Shown here piece after piece: positions 1 through 8,322 of a DNA stretch of 42,091 nt. Numbering within the stretch: the first letter of the stretch is position 1; each line of letters starts with the position of its first letter. The notes beneath the pieces were generated by a model that saw only the letters and a list, made by a program, of their open reading frames with translations, made no database searches and was not told the origin of the DNA. The DNA lies in the IMG/VR virus record IMGVR_UViG_3300045988_039573, positions 1 through 42,091 of that record; one strand, 5' to 3'. The translations under genes and the position numbers were made by a program. The stretch is from a virus.

Positions 1-73
1 CTACGCTCAGATCGGCAGCAGCGGCAACTCCGCCAAGATCGGCAGCAGCGGCGACTACGCCAAGATCGGCAGC
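1..73. repeat. Terminal overlap (1-73 = 42019-42091), signature of a circular or terminally redundant assembly
   Basis: Base-by-base comparison of both ends shows an exact 73-nt match that also preserves the reading frame of the repeat protein. Confidence 0.9.
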
Positions 74-187
74 AGCGGCGACTACGCTCAGATCGGCAGC
101 AGCGGCTACTACGCCAAGATCGGCAGCAGCGGCGACTACGCTCAGATCGGCAGCAGCGGCAACTCCGCTCAGATCGAAAGTGCAGGT
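1..187 (+). repeat. 27-bp in-frame tandem repeats (continuation of the array at 41774-42091)
   Basis: Units such as gactacgccaagatcggcagcagcggc encode [D/N/Y][Y/S/C]A[K/Q]IGSSG. About 7 units lie here, the last degenerate (NSAQIESAG). Confidence 0.95.
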
Positions 188-397
188 AAAGATTCGGTTA
201 TCTGCTGCGCAGGTCGCGACTCTGCTGTTAAAGCAAAAGCGGGGAGCTGGATTACTCTTGCCGAATGGGAATATTCCGAAGCCAAGAATAGGTACGTTCC
301 AAAATGCGTTAAGACCGAGTATGTTGACGGCGAGCGGATCAAGGCTGATATATGGTACAAACTTATTGATGGAGAGTTTGCCGAGGTGTCGCTATGA
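2..397 (+). CDS. C-terminal part of the nonapeptide-repeat protein (gene wraps around the circular junction from 41412)
   Basis: Open frame 2 from the window edge. Repeats are followed by ...KDSVICCAGRDSAVKAKAGSWITLAEWEY...DGEFAEVSL and stop TGA 395-397. The frame is continuous with 42019-42091. Confidence 0.8.
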   Translation, partial: YAQIGSSGNSAKIGSSGDYAKIGSSGDYAQIGSSGYYAKIGSSGDYAQIGSSGNSAQIESAGKDSVICCAGRDSAVKAKAGSWITLAEWEYSEAKNRYVPKCVKTEYVDGERIKADIWYKLIDGEFAEVSL

Positions 398-699
398 CAG
401 ACGATGTTATCACTCTGCGAAACCATCTTCGCGTCGGCGCCCAGAACGCGCTACGCCGCTGGCAGCTCTGCGAAATGACCGGCTGGACAGACCGGCACTT
501 GCGCAAGGTGATCGAGGCGGCACGATGCGAGGAGGACGGCGAAGAATACTGCATTATGAACTTTGGCAAGGGCTACTATTTGTCAAACGACCCAGCAGAA
601 GCCGAGGTGCTCCGCAAGATCGAGATGGCGCGGATAGCGTCCATTGTCGGGCGGACATACGGCCTGTCGGAGATGATACGGAAAGCGGGGAGGTCGTAA
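394..699 (+). CDS. Hypothetical early protein (possible winged-helix)
   Basis: 101-aa ORF with ATGA start/stop overlap with the upstream gene. No recognisable motif. Confidence 0.6.
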   Translation: MTDDVITLRNHLRVGAQNALRRWQLCEMTGWTDRHLRKVIEAARCEEDGEEYCIMNFGKGYYLSNDPAEAEVLRKIEMARIASIVGRTYGLSEMIRKAGRS

Positions 700-704
700 T
701 TTAC

Positions 705-875
705 ATGGTTTACAAATGCGAAGCCTGCCACGCGATCTTCTTTGAGCCGTACACTTATCAGGTGCGTGAGAACCTTGACGGCGAGAACGGAATAGAAACG
801 CGGACGGTCGCCGAGTGCCCGTTCTGCGGCGAGGAATGGTTTACGGAGGTGGAAGACGATGCCGAATCTGGATGA
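705..875 (+). CDS. Small zinc-ribbon protein
   Basis: MVYKCEACH...ECPFCGEEW carries two CxxC pairs. The RBS gggagg lies upstream of ATG 705. It is in frame with track ORF 180-875, whose upstream part is junk. Confidence 0.6.
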   Translation: MVYKCEACHAIFFEPYTYQVRENLDGENGIETRTVAECPFCGEEWFTEVEDDAESG

Positions 876-1101
876 CGGCACTTCCGGCTACCTGAAAGGC
901 ACGGCGTCGGTAACGACTTATTTCCCAATCGACCGCAAAGGCACGGCGTACATTGCCTGCGAAGCCTGCCGGTTTTACAGACGGTCAAGCAAGCGCTGCG
1001 GGCTGACGGATGAGGTCATTCCGTGGCCGGACAAATACACCGGGCGAAACTGCCCGCTTACTTTGGAGGAAGAAGAAAATGGAGAACCTTGGAATTTATG
1101 A
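859..1101 (+). CDS. Hypothetical Cys-containing protein
   Basis: 80-aa ORF containing CEACRFY...RCG...NCP. It overlaps both neighbours in operon fashion. Confidence 0.5.
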   Translation: MPNLDDGTSGYLKGTASVTTYFPIDRKGTAYIACEACRFYRRSSKRCGLTDEVIPWPDKYTGRNCPLTLEEEENGEPWNL

Positions 1102-1744
1102 AAGCGTGCGGCAAGTCCCGCCGTCTGCACAGCGCGAAATCCAGGCGGGGAGGCTGAAAGGCAAGACCGACATTAACCCCATGTGGCGCATTAAGGCGCT
1201 GACGGAGCAGTTCGGCCCCTGCGGAATTGGCTGGAAGTACGTTATCACGGATAAGCGGCTGGAGCAGGGCGCGAACAACGAGGTTTCCGCATTTGTGGAC
1301 ATCGATCTTTACATCAAGGTTGATGGCGCGTGGTCAGATGCAATCCCCGGCACAGGCGGCAGCGCGTTTGTTGCCAGTGAACGAAACGGCCTTTACACCT
1401 CTGACGAGTGCTTCAAAATGGCGCTGACCGATGCTATCTCCGTCGCCTGCAAGGCGCTCGGTTTTGGTGCGGATGTGTATTGGGCGAAGGACGCGACCAA
1501 GTACACGCCAGGAACCGCAGAGCAGAAGCCGAGCAAGGAAAAAATGCAGTCCTTCAACCAGGCGTACAAGGAACAGTTTGACTACACCTGCCAAGACTGC
1601 AAGCAGCCAATCACACCGCAGTTCTTTAACGACAAGTTCTATAGCGTGAGCGACATCTCCAAAGGCGCGGTGAAGAAGTACGGCGTTCCGCTCTGCTGGG
1701 GCTGCATGGATAAGAGAAAAGCCAATGAAAGCCCGACTGCATGA
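1079..1744 (+). CDS. Single-strand annealing protein, Rad52/Erf-superfamily-like, with C-terminal zinc ribbon
   Basis: MENLG start follows a GGAGGA RBS. The motif GRLKGKTDINPMWRIKALTEQFGPCGIGW...ALGFGADVYW resembles phage Rad52-like SSAPs. CQDC...CWGC lies at the C-terminus. The context is NinB-like, HNH and SSB genes. Confidence 0.6.
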   Translation: MENLGIYESVRQVPPSAQREIQAGRLKGKTDINPMWRIKALTEQFGPCGIGWKYVITDKRLEQGANNEVSAFVDIDLYIKVDGAWSDAIPGTGGSAFVASERNGLYTSDECFKMALTDAISVACKALGFGADVYWAKDATKYTPGTAEQKPSKEKMQSFNQAYKEQFDYTCQDCKQPITPQFFNDKFYSVSDISKGAVKKYGVPLCWGCMDKRKANESPTA

Positions 1745-2252
1745 TTTATCCCTTGCGCGCGATGGTGCGTATCTGCTCACCATCGCCACGCGGGAGAATA
1801 TCGGGCCGCTGTTTGACGAGCTGCACGAGACAGACGTTGACGTGACCGTGAAGAAGCACCGCGAGAAGCGGAGCCTTGATGCCAATGCGTACTTCTGGGT
1901 TCTGGTTGACCGGCTGGCCGAAAAGACCCGAATTCCCAAGACGGATATTTACCGGAGATACATTCGGGAGATCGGCGGCAATCATGAAATGGTCTGCGTG
2001 ATCGATTCAGCCGTGAAAAAGTTGCGGAACGGGTGGGAACACAATGGGCTTGGCTGGCAGACGGATACCATGCCAAGTAGGATCCCCGGCTGCACCAACG
2101 TGATTTTGTACTACGGCTCCAGCACCTACAACACCAGGCAAATGTCACATTTGATCGATATGGCGGTGCAGGACTGCCAGGAGCAAAACATCGAGACCCT
2201 GTCTCCGGAGAAGCTGGCAGGGATGATGGAGGAATGGCGATGCACAAAATGA
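1725..2252 (+). CDS. NinB/Orf-like recombination mediator (N-terminal domain type of 'HNHc_6' proteins)
   Basis: KRSLDANAYFWVLVDRLAEK resembles the lambda NinB RSLDQN..LW motif. The gene sits directly upstream of an HNH gene. Confidence 0.5.
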   Translation: MKARLHDLSLARDGAYLLTIATRENIGPLFDELHETDVDVTVKKHREKRSLDANAYFWVLVDRLAEKTRIPKTDIYRRYIREIGGNHEMVCVIDSAVKKLRNGWEHNGLGWQTDTMPSRIPGCTNVILYYGSSTYNTRQMSHLIDMAVQDCQEQNIETLSPEKLAGMMEEWRCTK

Positions 2253-2554
2253 CAAAGGCCACGTCCATCCCCAAAAGCGTCAAGGAGGCCGTATACGAGC
2301 GCGACGGCGGGCGCTGCATCCTCTGCGGGCGGAACAACGGGGAGCCTGTAGCGCACGTTATACGGCGCTCGCAGGGCGGCAGAGGCATCGAGCAGAACAT
2401 CGTGACGCTCTGCCCCTCCTGCCACCGAGCCTTTGACGAGGGGCCGCAGAGGACGGCGCTATACGCCTGCATCGTCGGCTACCTCAAAGCGAAATATCCC
2501 GGCTGGACACGGGAGAACATGATTTACAGAAAAAACAGGGAGGAATTGAAATGA
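2234..2554 (+). CDS. HNH endonuclease
   Basis: Contains CILCG...HVIRRSQGGRGIEQNIVTLCPSCH, i.e. His-Asn-His plus two CxxC pairs. Confidence 0.85.
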   Translation: MAMHKMTKATSIPKSVKEAVYERDGGRCILCGRNNGEPVAHVIRRSQGGRGIEQNIVTLCPSCHRAFDEGPQRTALYACIVGYLKAKYPGWTRENMIYRKNREELK

Positions 2555-2949
2555 GCTTGAACAGGATCAACGTCATGGGACGCATTGGAAAGGACCTTGA
2601 GCTGCGCCGCACGCAGAGCGGCAAGGCGGTCACCAGTTTCCCCATCGCCGTCGACCGCGACGGCAAGGATGCCGGAACGGACTGGTTTGATGTGGTCGCG
2701 TGGGAGCGCACGGCGGAGTTTGCCGCGCAATACTGCGCCAAGGGGCGCAAGGTGGTGGTGGACGGTCGCTTGCAGGCGCGAGACTGGACCGGCAAGGACG
2801 GCAATAAGCGCCGCTCGGTCGAGATCATCGCCAATAGTGTGTACTTTGCCGACAGCAAGCCGCAGGAGGGACCCGCCGCATACAGCGTCGCATCAAGCAG
2901 CCCGGGCGAGCTTACAGAGATCGAGGATGACGGCGACCTCCCGTTTTGA
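2551..2949 (+). CDS. ssb: Single-stranded DNA-binding protein
   Basis: OB-fold N-terminus (MSLNRINVMGRIGKDLELRRTQSGKAV..F.IAV) and an acidic tail ending DDGDLPF. Confidence 0.95.
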   Translation: MSLNRINVMGRIGKDLELRRTQSGKAVTSFPIAVDRDGKDAGTDWFDVVAWERTAEFAAQYCAKGRKVVVDGRLQARDWTGKDGNKRRSVEIIANSVYFADSKPQEGPAAYSVASSSPGELTEIEDDGDLPF

Positions 2950-2961
2950 TGGAGGTGCAGC

Positions 2962-3108
2962 ATGAGATACGAGGTGCATATCGCTTCACCGCACGAAAAG
3001 GCGGTCATTGTTTTGCCTGAAGTGTCCGAGAGTGACGCGACCGATATTGCAGAGGTCATGACGCGATACGGTGCGACGGTTTCCCTGCTGGCAAAGCCGA
3101 AGGAGTAA
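2962..3108 (+). CDS. Hypothetical small protein (48 aa)
   Basis: ATG follows a ggaggtg RBS. Translation is MRYEVHISSPHEKAVIVLPEVSESDATDIAEVMTRYGATVSLLAKPKE. It is not in the ORF track because it is under 60 aa. Confidence 0.5.
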   Translation: MRYEVHIASPHEKAVIVLPEVSESDATDIAEVMTRYGATVSLLAKPKE

Positions 3109-3112
3109 AGCG

Positions 3113-3700
3113 ATGGAGCGTAATCAATTCACTTTTTACCGAAGTTACAGGGACGCGCTACGAGCGCTCAACGCAAAAGACTTTAAGGCCGTTGTGCTGG
3201 CAATCTGCGATTATGCGCTTGATGAAAGCGAGCCATGTCTTTCTGGAGTCCCCTGCGCTGTTTTCACTTTGATTCGTCCAACGTTGGACAGTGGTCGCAA
3301 CAAAGCAGCGAATCGGCAGAACAAAACGAAAACAAAAGAAGAACAAAATGGGAACAAATCGGAACAAACTCGCAAGGAGAAAGAGGGGGAGAAAGAGAGA
3401 GAGAAAGAGAACGATAGTTCTCTCTCTATATCTCTCTCACGAAAGGTTCCCACGTTTGACGAGGTTGCCGAATATGCCAAGCTTCGCGGAGGGCTTATTG
3501 ATCCTAAACCGTTCTACGAGTTCTATTCTGTCGCCGGGTGGAGGGACACCGAGGGCAAGCCGGTCTACAACTGGCAACAGAAATTCCAGCTTTGGGAAAA
3601 ACGCGAGCTGGAGAAGAAAGGGGGCGCGATGAATGGATATGGTCACGATACTGGAAGAGATGCGAAAAAATGGAACGTCCCCGGAGCCGTCAATCTCTGA
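3113..3700 (+). CDS. Replisome organizer / DnaD-like phage replication protein
   Basis: The N-terminus QFTFYRSYRDALRALNAKDF looks like DUF6291. A K/E-rich linker follows. The C-terminus FDEVAEYAKLRG..DPKPFYEFY..GWRD..GKPV.NWQQK resembles the conserved phage C-terminus. Confidence 0.65.
   Translation: MERNQFTFYRSYRDALRALNAKDFKAVVLAICDYALDESEPCLSGVPCAVFTLIRPTLDSGRNKAANRQNKTKTKEEQNGNKSEQTRKEKEGEKEREKENDSSLSISLSRKVPTFDEVAEYAKLRGGLIDPKPFYEFYSVAGWRDTEGKPVYNWQQKFQLWEKRELEKKGGAMNGYGHDTGRDAKKWNVPGAVNL
3319..3427. promoter_or_regulatory. Candidate replication origin inside the organizer gene (phased iterons plus inverted repeat)
   Basis: GAACAAA occurs at 3319, 3341, 3352 and 3362, with degenerate AAACAAA near 3330, i.e. 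every 10-11 bp. A purine tract and the hairpin GAGAAC-GATA-GTTCTC (3402-3427) follow. Confidence 0.4.
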
Positions 3701-4358
3701 CGAATGCCCACTTTGCGGCGGCGTTGGATACACCGTGCGGAGGTCAGCAGACGGAAACGCGGAGTACCGGGAGTGCGAATGCTCCATCCGCAAAAGGAAT
3801 CTGCAACGCATCGAAAGAAGCGGGCTTAAAGAGCTTTTGCAGAGATGCACGATGGAGAACTATCGCGCGACTGAGCCGTGGCAGAAGCAGGCCAAAGAGG
3901 CAGCGGAACGCTATCTTGCCGATTGGCGCGGAAGATGGTTTTACGCCGGAGGAAGCCCCGGCAGCGGGAAAACGCACCTTTGCACGGCGATGTGCGGGAA
4001 GCTCATGGATGCCGGATTACCGGTGCGCTATGTGCAATGGCGTGCGGATATTCCAGCCATCAAAGCAAAGGTCAACGATGCCGAGGCATATCAAGACGCC
4101 ATTGATCCGCTGAAAAGCGTCAAGGTGCTGTACATCGACGATTTTCTCAAGGGAACGGCGACAGAGGCCGATCGCAACATTGCGTTTGATCTGCTCAATG
4201 CGCGGTATATCAAGCCAAGCCTTGTGACAATCATCAGCTCCGAGTGGACGATCTCGCGCGTGCTGGACTGGGACGAGGCGATAGGCTCGCGCATTGCGGA
4301 ACGGTCGAAAGGCTGCGTACTGAATATTACCGGGGCCAAAAACTACCGGCTGAAATGA
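3633..4358 (+). CDS. DnaC/IstB-like AAA+ helicase loader with N-terminal zinc finger
   Basis: CPLCGGVGY...CEC, then Walker A GSPGSGKTHL and Walker B VLYIDDF. The start may be 3633 or 3660. Confidence 0.8.
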   Translation: MDMVTILEEMRKNGTSPEPSISDECPLCGGVGYTVRRSADGNAEYRECECSIRKRNLQRIERSGLKELLQRCTMENYRATEPWQKQAKEAAERYLADWRGRWFYAGGSPGSGKTHLCTAMCGKLMDAGLPVRYVQWRADIPAIKAKVNDAEAYQDAIDPLKSVKVLYIDDFLKGTATEADRNIAFDLLNARYIKPSLVTIISSEWTISRVLDWDEAIGSRIAERSKGCVLNITGAKNYRLK

Positions 4359-4381
4359 AAGAATACCCGTTAGGAGGAGAC

Positions 4382-5461
4382 ATGACAGAATACACCAACA
4401 CGCCGATCCTGCCCGAGAAAGCAAAAGAGCTGATGTCCCTTGACACCGAGTACAAGGAGATCATCACCTACGGCAAGATCGAGGAGTGGTTCACGGCATG
4501 GGACGGGAAAGTCTATGTGAGCTTTTCCGGCGGCAAGGATTCAACCGTGCTGGCCTACCTTGCCGCAAACTGGCTCTCACATTTCCGCACGCCGCCGTGG
4601 CCGCTGAACCTCGTATTTGTCAATACGGGGCTGGAATATCCAGAAATTCAGAAGTTCGTAAACGAATATACGGACTGGCTGCGGAAGAAGTTTCCTCGCG
4701 TGACGATCAACCTTACTCGGCTGCGCCCGAAGATGAACATTCGACAGGTGGTGACGAAGTACGGGTACAGCATCGTGAGCAAAGAGGTGGCCGCGTATGT
4801 CGAAGAAGCACGGGTAAAACCGGACGGACGTTCTGCGGCTCGACTTCGTGGAGAATACGTGAGAAGTAACGGAACTCCAAGCGAATTTAACTGTCAAAAG
4901 TGGGAGTATCTTTTATTCGCGCCATTCGCAATATCATCAAGATGCTGTGCGGTAATGAAAAAGCAACCCATGAACGGCTATGCGAGAAAAACGCAACGTG
5001 TCCCTACTATGGCTACAATGGCGCAGGAAAGCAGGTTAAGAACGAAGGCGTGGTTAAAAACTGGGTGCAATGCGTTTGAAGGTAAACATCCCACGGGAAA
5101 GCCCATGAGCTTTTGGACGGAGCAGGACGTGCTGCGGTTCATCGTAGACCGAGAGCTACCTATCGCAAGTGTCTACGGCGAAATTGTAGCCAGCGACGGC
5201 GAGAACGACTACACGGAAACGCTGATCGACTGCAAGCTGCACTGCACGGGCTGCCAACGCACGGGCTGCATGTTCTGCGGATTTGGCGCGCACCTCGAAA
5301 AGGGCGAGAACCGTTTCGAGCGAATGAAGCACACGCACCCAAAGCATTATGAGTTCTGCATCGGCGGCGGGGAGTTTGCCCCCGCGGATGGGCTATGGAA
5401 ACCCAACGAAAAGGGGCTCGGCTATGGTCGAGTGCTCGACTATATCGGAGTGAGGTATTGA
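4382..5461 (+). CDS. PAPS-reductase-family (PP-loop ATPase) protein with C-terminal Cys cluster
   Basis: SFSGGKDS PP-loop and C-terminal CTGCQRTGCMFCGFG. ATG 4382 follows an AGGAGG RBS. An alternative in-frame ATG lies at 4355 (ATGA overlap). Confidence 0.75.
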   Translation: MTEYTNTPILPEKAKELMSLDTEYKEIITYGKIEEWFTAWDGKVYVSFSGGKDSTVLAYLAANWLSHFRTPPWPLNLVFVNTGLEYPEIQKFVNEYTDWLRKKFPRVTINLTRLRPKMNIRQVVTKYGYSIVSKEVAAYVEEARVKPDGRSAARLRGEYVRSNGTPSEFNCQKWEYLLFAPFAISSRCCAVMKKQPMNGYARKTQRVPTMATMAQESRLRTKAWLKTGCNAFEGKHPTGKPMSFWTEQDVLRFIVDRELPIASVYGEIVASDGENDYTETLIDCKLHCTGCQRTGCMFCGFGAHLEKGENRFERMKHTHPKHYEFCIGGGEFAPADGLWKPNEKGLGYGRVLDYIGVRY

Positions 5462-5462
5462 G

Positions 5463-5924
5463 ATGAAGGGAGGAACTATGAGAGATCAAAAACTCGTAAA
5501 TGCGCTGCGTGAGCACGCAGAATGGGCGGAGGGGAACCAGTGGGAAACGCCGATCACGCTGGGCGACGATCTGGCGGAAGCCGCTGACCGGATGGAGAAT
5601 CAAAACGCACACATCGCGGCGCTCCAGCAGGGAATCGAGAAGCTGAGGGGGCAGAACGAGCAACTGCGGGAAGCGGCTGCGCTGGTGGCCAAGAAGAGTG
5701 CGGAGCTGCTTGAGCGGCGCTGGATCCCGGTGACGGAGCGGCTGCCGGAGGTGTGGCGTAACGATGAGACTGCGGAGCTTGTGAACTACATGATTTACAG
5801 CCCTGATTTTGGCGTGGACATCGGCAATTATCACGCAAAGGCGAAAAAGTGGCTCTGCATGGCTCTGCCTTGCACCGTCACCCACTGGATGCCACTGCCG
5901 TCAGGCCCGGAGGTGGAATTATGA
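5463..5924 (+). CDS. DUF551-type protein
   Basis: The C-terminal WIPVTERLPE....THWMPLP pattern is typical of DUF551, with a coiled-coil N-terminus. Confidence 0.6.
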   Translation: MKGGTMRDQKLVNALREHAEWAEGNQWETPITLGDDLAEAADRMENQNAHIAALQQGIEKLRGQNEQLREAAALVAKKSAELLERRWIPVTERLPEVWRNDETAELVNYMIYSPDFGVDIGNYHAKAKKWLCMALPCTVTHWMPLPSGPEVEL

Positions 5925-6211
5925 AAAAATGCACTGGTGAAAACTGCCCCATGCAGATCGGCTATGACGTTGAAAACTGCGCCGCAATCGAAGAGTGCCC
6001 ATATCGCACGTGGCCCGTTACCATTGCCGACTGGATTCGGAGCATGACAGACAACGAGCTGGCCGGGGTGCTATACAATTTCCGAATGGATCGCATCACG
6101 AAAGACCTCTCTGGTGTTTCGACAATGCCAGCAGATTGGAAAGAAATTAAAAAATGGCTTGAAACCCCGTGGGATGGCAAGGCTCAGAATGGAGGGAATG
6201 AGGATGGCTAA
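5921..6211 (+). CDS. Hypothetical protein
   Basis: MKKCTGENCPMQ... has an ATGA overlap with the upstream gene. The upstream part of track ORF 5849-6211 was discarded. Confidence 0.5.
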   Translation: MKKCTGENCPMQIGYDVENCAAIEECPYRTWPVTIADWIRSMTDNELAGVLYNFRMDRITKDLSGVSTMPADWKEIKKWLETPWDGKAQNGGNEDG

Positions 6212-6695
6212 TGTTAATTGCCTGCGTTGTCGCTTTAGGCATGAGGACAACGGAAACTGTACTGCGGTCGGCGGGTTCTGCACGGCGATTGCGGCTGCCC
6301 ACTGCCCGCTGCTGCGGGAATATTTGGACACAGAACTGACGCCGGAGGAAATCGACATGGATCACGAAGCCGCAGAGCAGCTCCGCCGTCTGTGCCGAGA
6401 CTGCGATCTTGACCGGTTGGAGAAACTGGCCGAGGCCGACAGAGACGGGCGCGTGGTGATACCGCCGTGCAAGGCGGGAGATACGGTGTATGAGGTTACA
6501 AGTCGAAAAACCATAAGCGAATACCGAGTAAAGGCAATTCGCGTGGAATTGTTTTGTACATTCATTGAATGGGATATCGTAGCCGGGTTTGTTGATAAAT
6601 CCATTTTCGGCGTACCGGTTGATGAAATCGGCAAGACCGTATTCCTCACCCGCGAGGAGGCGGATAAAGCATTGGAGGCGATGAAGGATGAATAA
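6204..6695 (+). CDS. Hypothetical Cys-rich protein
   Basis: MANVNCLRCRF... starts by overlapping the upstream stop. 163 aa with no recognised domain. Confidence 0.5.
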   Translation: MANVNCLRCRFRHEDNGNCTAVGGFCTAIAAAHCPLLREYLDTELTPEEIDMDHEAAEQLRRLCRDCDLDRLEKLAEADRDGRVVIPPCKAGDTVYEVTSRKTISEYRVKAIRVELFCTFIEWDIVAGFVDKSIFGVPVDEIGKTVFLTREEADKALEAMKDE

Positions 6696-7128
6696 AGCTG
6701 TTATGCTGAGCATCCGCCCGCAGTGGTGCGAGAAGATTGCCAGCGGCGAAAAGACGATTGAGGTGCGAAAGACCCGCCCGAAGCTGGAAACGCCGTTTAA
6801 GTGCTATATCTACTGCACGAACAATAACACCGACAACAACCCAAGGAATATATGGCGGAGAAAAGACCGCACAGGCTTTGAACATATTTTGAATGGCAAA
6901 GTCATTGGCGAATTTTCGTGTGATAGCATATTCCCAATCTGGGACGGATATGCGGGAAACAATGGGGATGATTGCTTGTCCTTTGATGAAAGAGAGAACT
7001 ATCTTAACGGTGAAATGGGGTATGGTTGGCACATATCCGACCTTGTGATTTACGATAAGCTGAGATATCTGGGCGAGTTTGGGATAAATAGACCGTCGCA
7101 GAGCTGGCGCTATGTAGAGGAGTGCTGA
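6688..7128 (+). CDS. ASCH (PUA-like) domain protein
   Basis: MLSIRPQWCEKIASGEKTIEVRKTRP matches the typical ASCH N-terminal pattern. Confidence 0.65.
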   Translation: MNKAVMLSIRPQWCEKIASGEKTIEVRKTRPKLETPFKCYIYCTNNNTDNNPRNIWRRKDRTGFEHILNGKVIGEFSCDSIFPIWDGYAGNNGDDCLSFDERENYLNGEMGYGWHISDLVIYDKLRYLGEFGINRPSQSWRYVEEC

Positions 7129-7176
7129 TAATGGGCGAATACATTAAGCGAGAAGCACTGAGGGGGCGAAGCGGCG

Positions 7177-7374
7177 ATGTATGTCCTTGAGTACAAATCG
7201 CTCTACATTCCACACGAGGAGCTGACTAAAAATCGCACGTTCCAAAGCTACCGGTGGAAGCAGTACGCTATGTGTGAGGAGCGCGGGCCGCTGGAACAAA
7301 TTAGGGCTGCGCAGAAAAGGCCGGAGGATTGGAGAATTATCCCACCCGCCGGAAGCATGGAACAGGAGGGCTGA
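7177..7374 (+). CDS. Hypothetical protein (65 aa)
   Basis: ORF with a GGGGG RBS about 10 nt upstream. The next gene starts 1 nt after its stop. Confidence 0.4.
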   Translation: MYVLEYKSLYIPHEELTKNRTFQSYRWKQYAMCEERGPLEQIRAAQKRPEDWRIIPPAGSMEQEG

Positions 7375-7509
7375 ATGGCTGAATACAAAATCTGCTTTAG
7401 CGTGGCTGGGGCGTTCGGCGCTCAAATCAGTTTTGAGGCAAAACCCGGCGTATCCTATGAGGACGCTGCGGCGTCTATGGTGAAAGCTAATGTGGATAAG
7501 ATTGCTTGA
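7375..7509 (+). CDS. Hypothetical small protein (44 aa)
   Basis: ATG follows an aggaggg RBS. Translation is MAEYKICFSVAGAFGAQISFEAKPGVSYEDAAASMVKANVDKIA. Confidence 0.4.
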   Translation: MAEYKICFSVAGAFGAQISFEAKPGVSYEDAAASMVKANVDKIA

Positions 7510-7566
7510 AATTTTAGACCCCCGTGAGGCGCTCATGGAGGCAAGGCTTAAAAAGGAGTCCGGCGC

Positions 7567-7695
7567 ATGATCCGCATCATCATCGACATCGAAGACCACG
7601 GCGACAAGCTCGCCACGAAGGAATCCGTCGCAATGGCGCTTGAACAGTTTGGCAAGGTGCGCGTCGTTCTCGTATCGGACGGGAGGGAAAAATGA
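7567..7695 (+). CDS. Hypothetical small protein (42 aa)
   Basis: ATG follows an aaggag RBS. Translation begins MIRIIIDIEDHGDKLATKESVAMALEQFGKVRVVLVSDGREK. The stop overlaps the next ATG (ATGA). Confidence 0.45.
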   Translation: MIRIIIDIEDHGDKLATKESVAMALEQFGKVRVVLVSDGREK

Positions 7696-8099
7696 GCCTG
7701 ACGGCATCTGACCTTGCACGTCTCGGGCCTGCGGCACAAAAACAGGTGGTTGAAAAGGTGCTTGCTCAAAAAACGGGCAAGTACCACAACCGCAAAACCG
7801 TGCGGCATGGCATTACGTTTGACAGCAAGCACGAGGCAGATCGCTACGATGAGCTGCGGCTGCTTTTGAAAGCGGGGGAAATACACGATTTGAAGCTGCA
7901 GCAGACATACAAGCTCGTGGGGGTGCAGAGAACGCCAACAGGAGCCGCTGTGAGGGCAGTAACATACATCGCCGACTTCGTGTATACCCGCGGCGGGAAA
8001 ACGATTGTAGAGGACGCAAAGGGCTTTAAGACAAAGGACTATATCATCAAGAAAAAACTAATGCTGGAGCGATTCGGCATCTGGGTGGAGGAAGTGTAA
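7692..8099 (+). CDS. DUF1064-type putative Holliday-junction resolvase / PD-(D/E)XK nuclease
   Basis: NRKTVRHGITFDSKHEADRYDEL......YIADF.Y.....IVEDAKG matches the DUF1064 pattern. Confidence 0.6.
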   Translation: MSLTASDLARLGPAAQKQVVEKVLAQKTGKYHNRKTVRHGITFDSKHEADRYDELRLLLKAGEIHDLKLQQTYKLVGVQRTPTGAAVRAVTYIADFVYTRGGKTIVEDAKGFKTKDYIIKKKLMLERFGIWVEEV

Positions 8100-8321
8100 A
8101 TGGCAAATCAAAGCGAAACACTCTGCTGGACCTGTAAGAACGCCTGCGGAAAATGCCCTTGGTCGGGATGCGACAAGGAAACGCGGAAGCTGAAGTGGCA
8201 GCCGGTGGAAGGTTGGCACGCGATCAGAACAAAGGTTTTGATGAATTCTTGCGGCGGCGCTCGTAGGCATTACGAAACAAGCTACATTGTCACGGCTTGT
8301 CCGCAGTACGAGGTGGGATGA
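8100..8321 (+). CDS. Small Cys-rich protein (possible late regulator)
   Basis: Contains LCWTCKNACGKCPW. It lies in the regulator cluster that precedes the packaging genes. Confidence 0.5.
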   Translation: MANQSETLCWTCKNACGKCPWSGCDKETRKLKWQPVEGWHAIRTKVLMNSCGGARRHYETSYIVTACPQYEVG

Positions 8322-8322
8322 T

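Noticed and set aside
1-187. The short regular repeats at both ends as a possible CRISPR array
   Set aside because: The 27-bp units are directly adjacent with no spacers. They are in frame with flanking coding sequence and encode a regular nonapeptide. No cas genes are present.
1334-2472. Minus-strand ORFs 1334-1939 and 1777-2472
   Set aside because: They are antisense to the SSAP, NinB-like and HNH genes. Their composition is low-complexity and Arg/Ser/Cys-rich, and no RBS is present.
5160-5885. 241-aa minus-strand ORF
   Set aside because: It is antisense to the 3' end of the PAPS-reductase-like gene and the DUF551 gene. The product is Arg/Leu/Pro-rich junk.
7131-7190. 19-codon ORF (MGEYIKREALRGRSGDVCP) right after the ASCH gene
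   Set aside because: It is too short to support, and it overlaps the start of the 7177-7374 ORF. It may simply be leader sequence.
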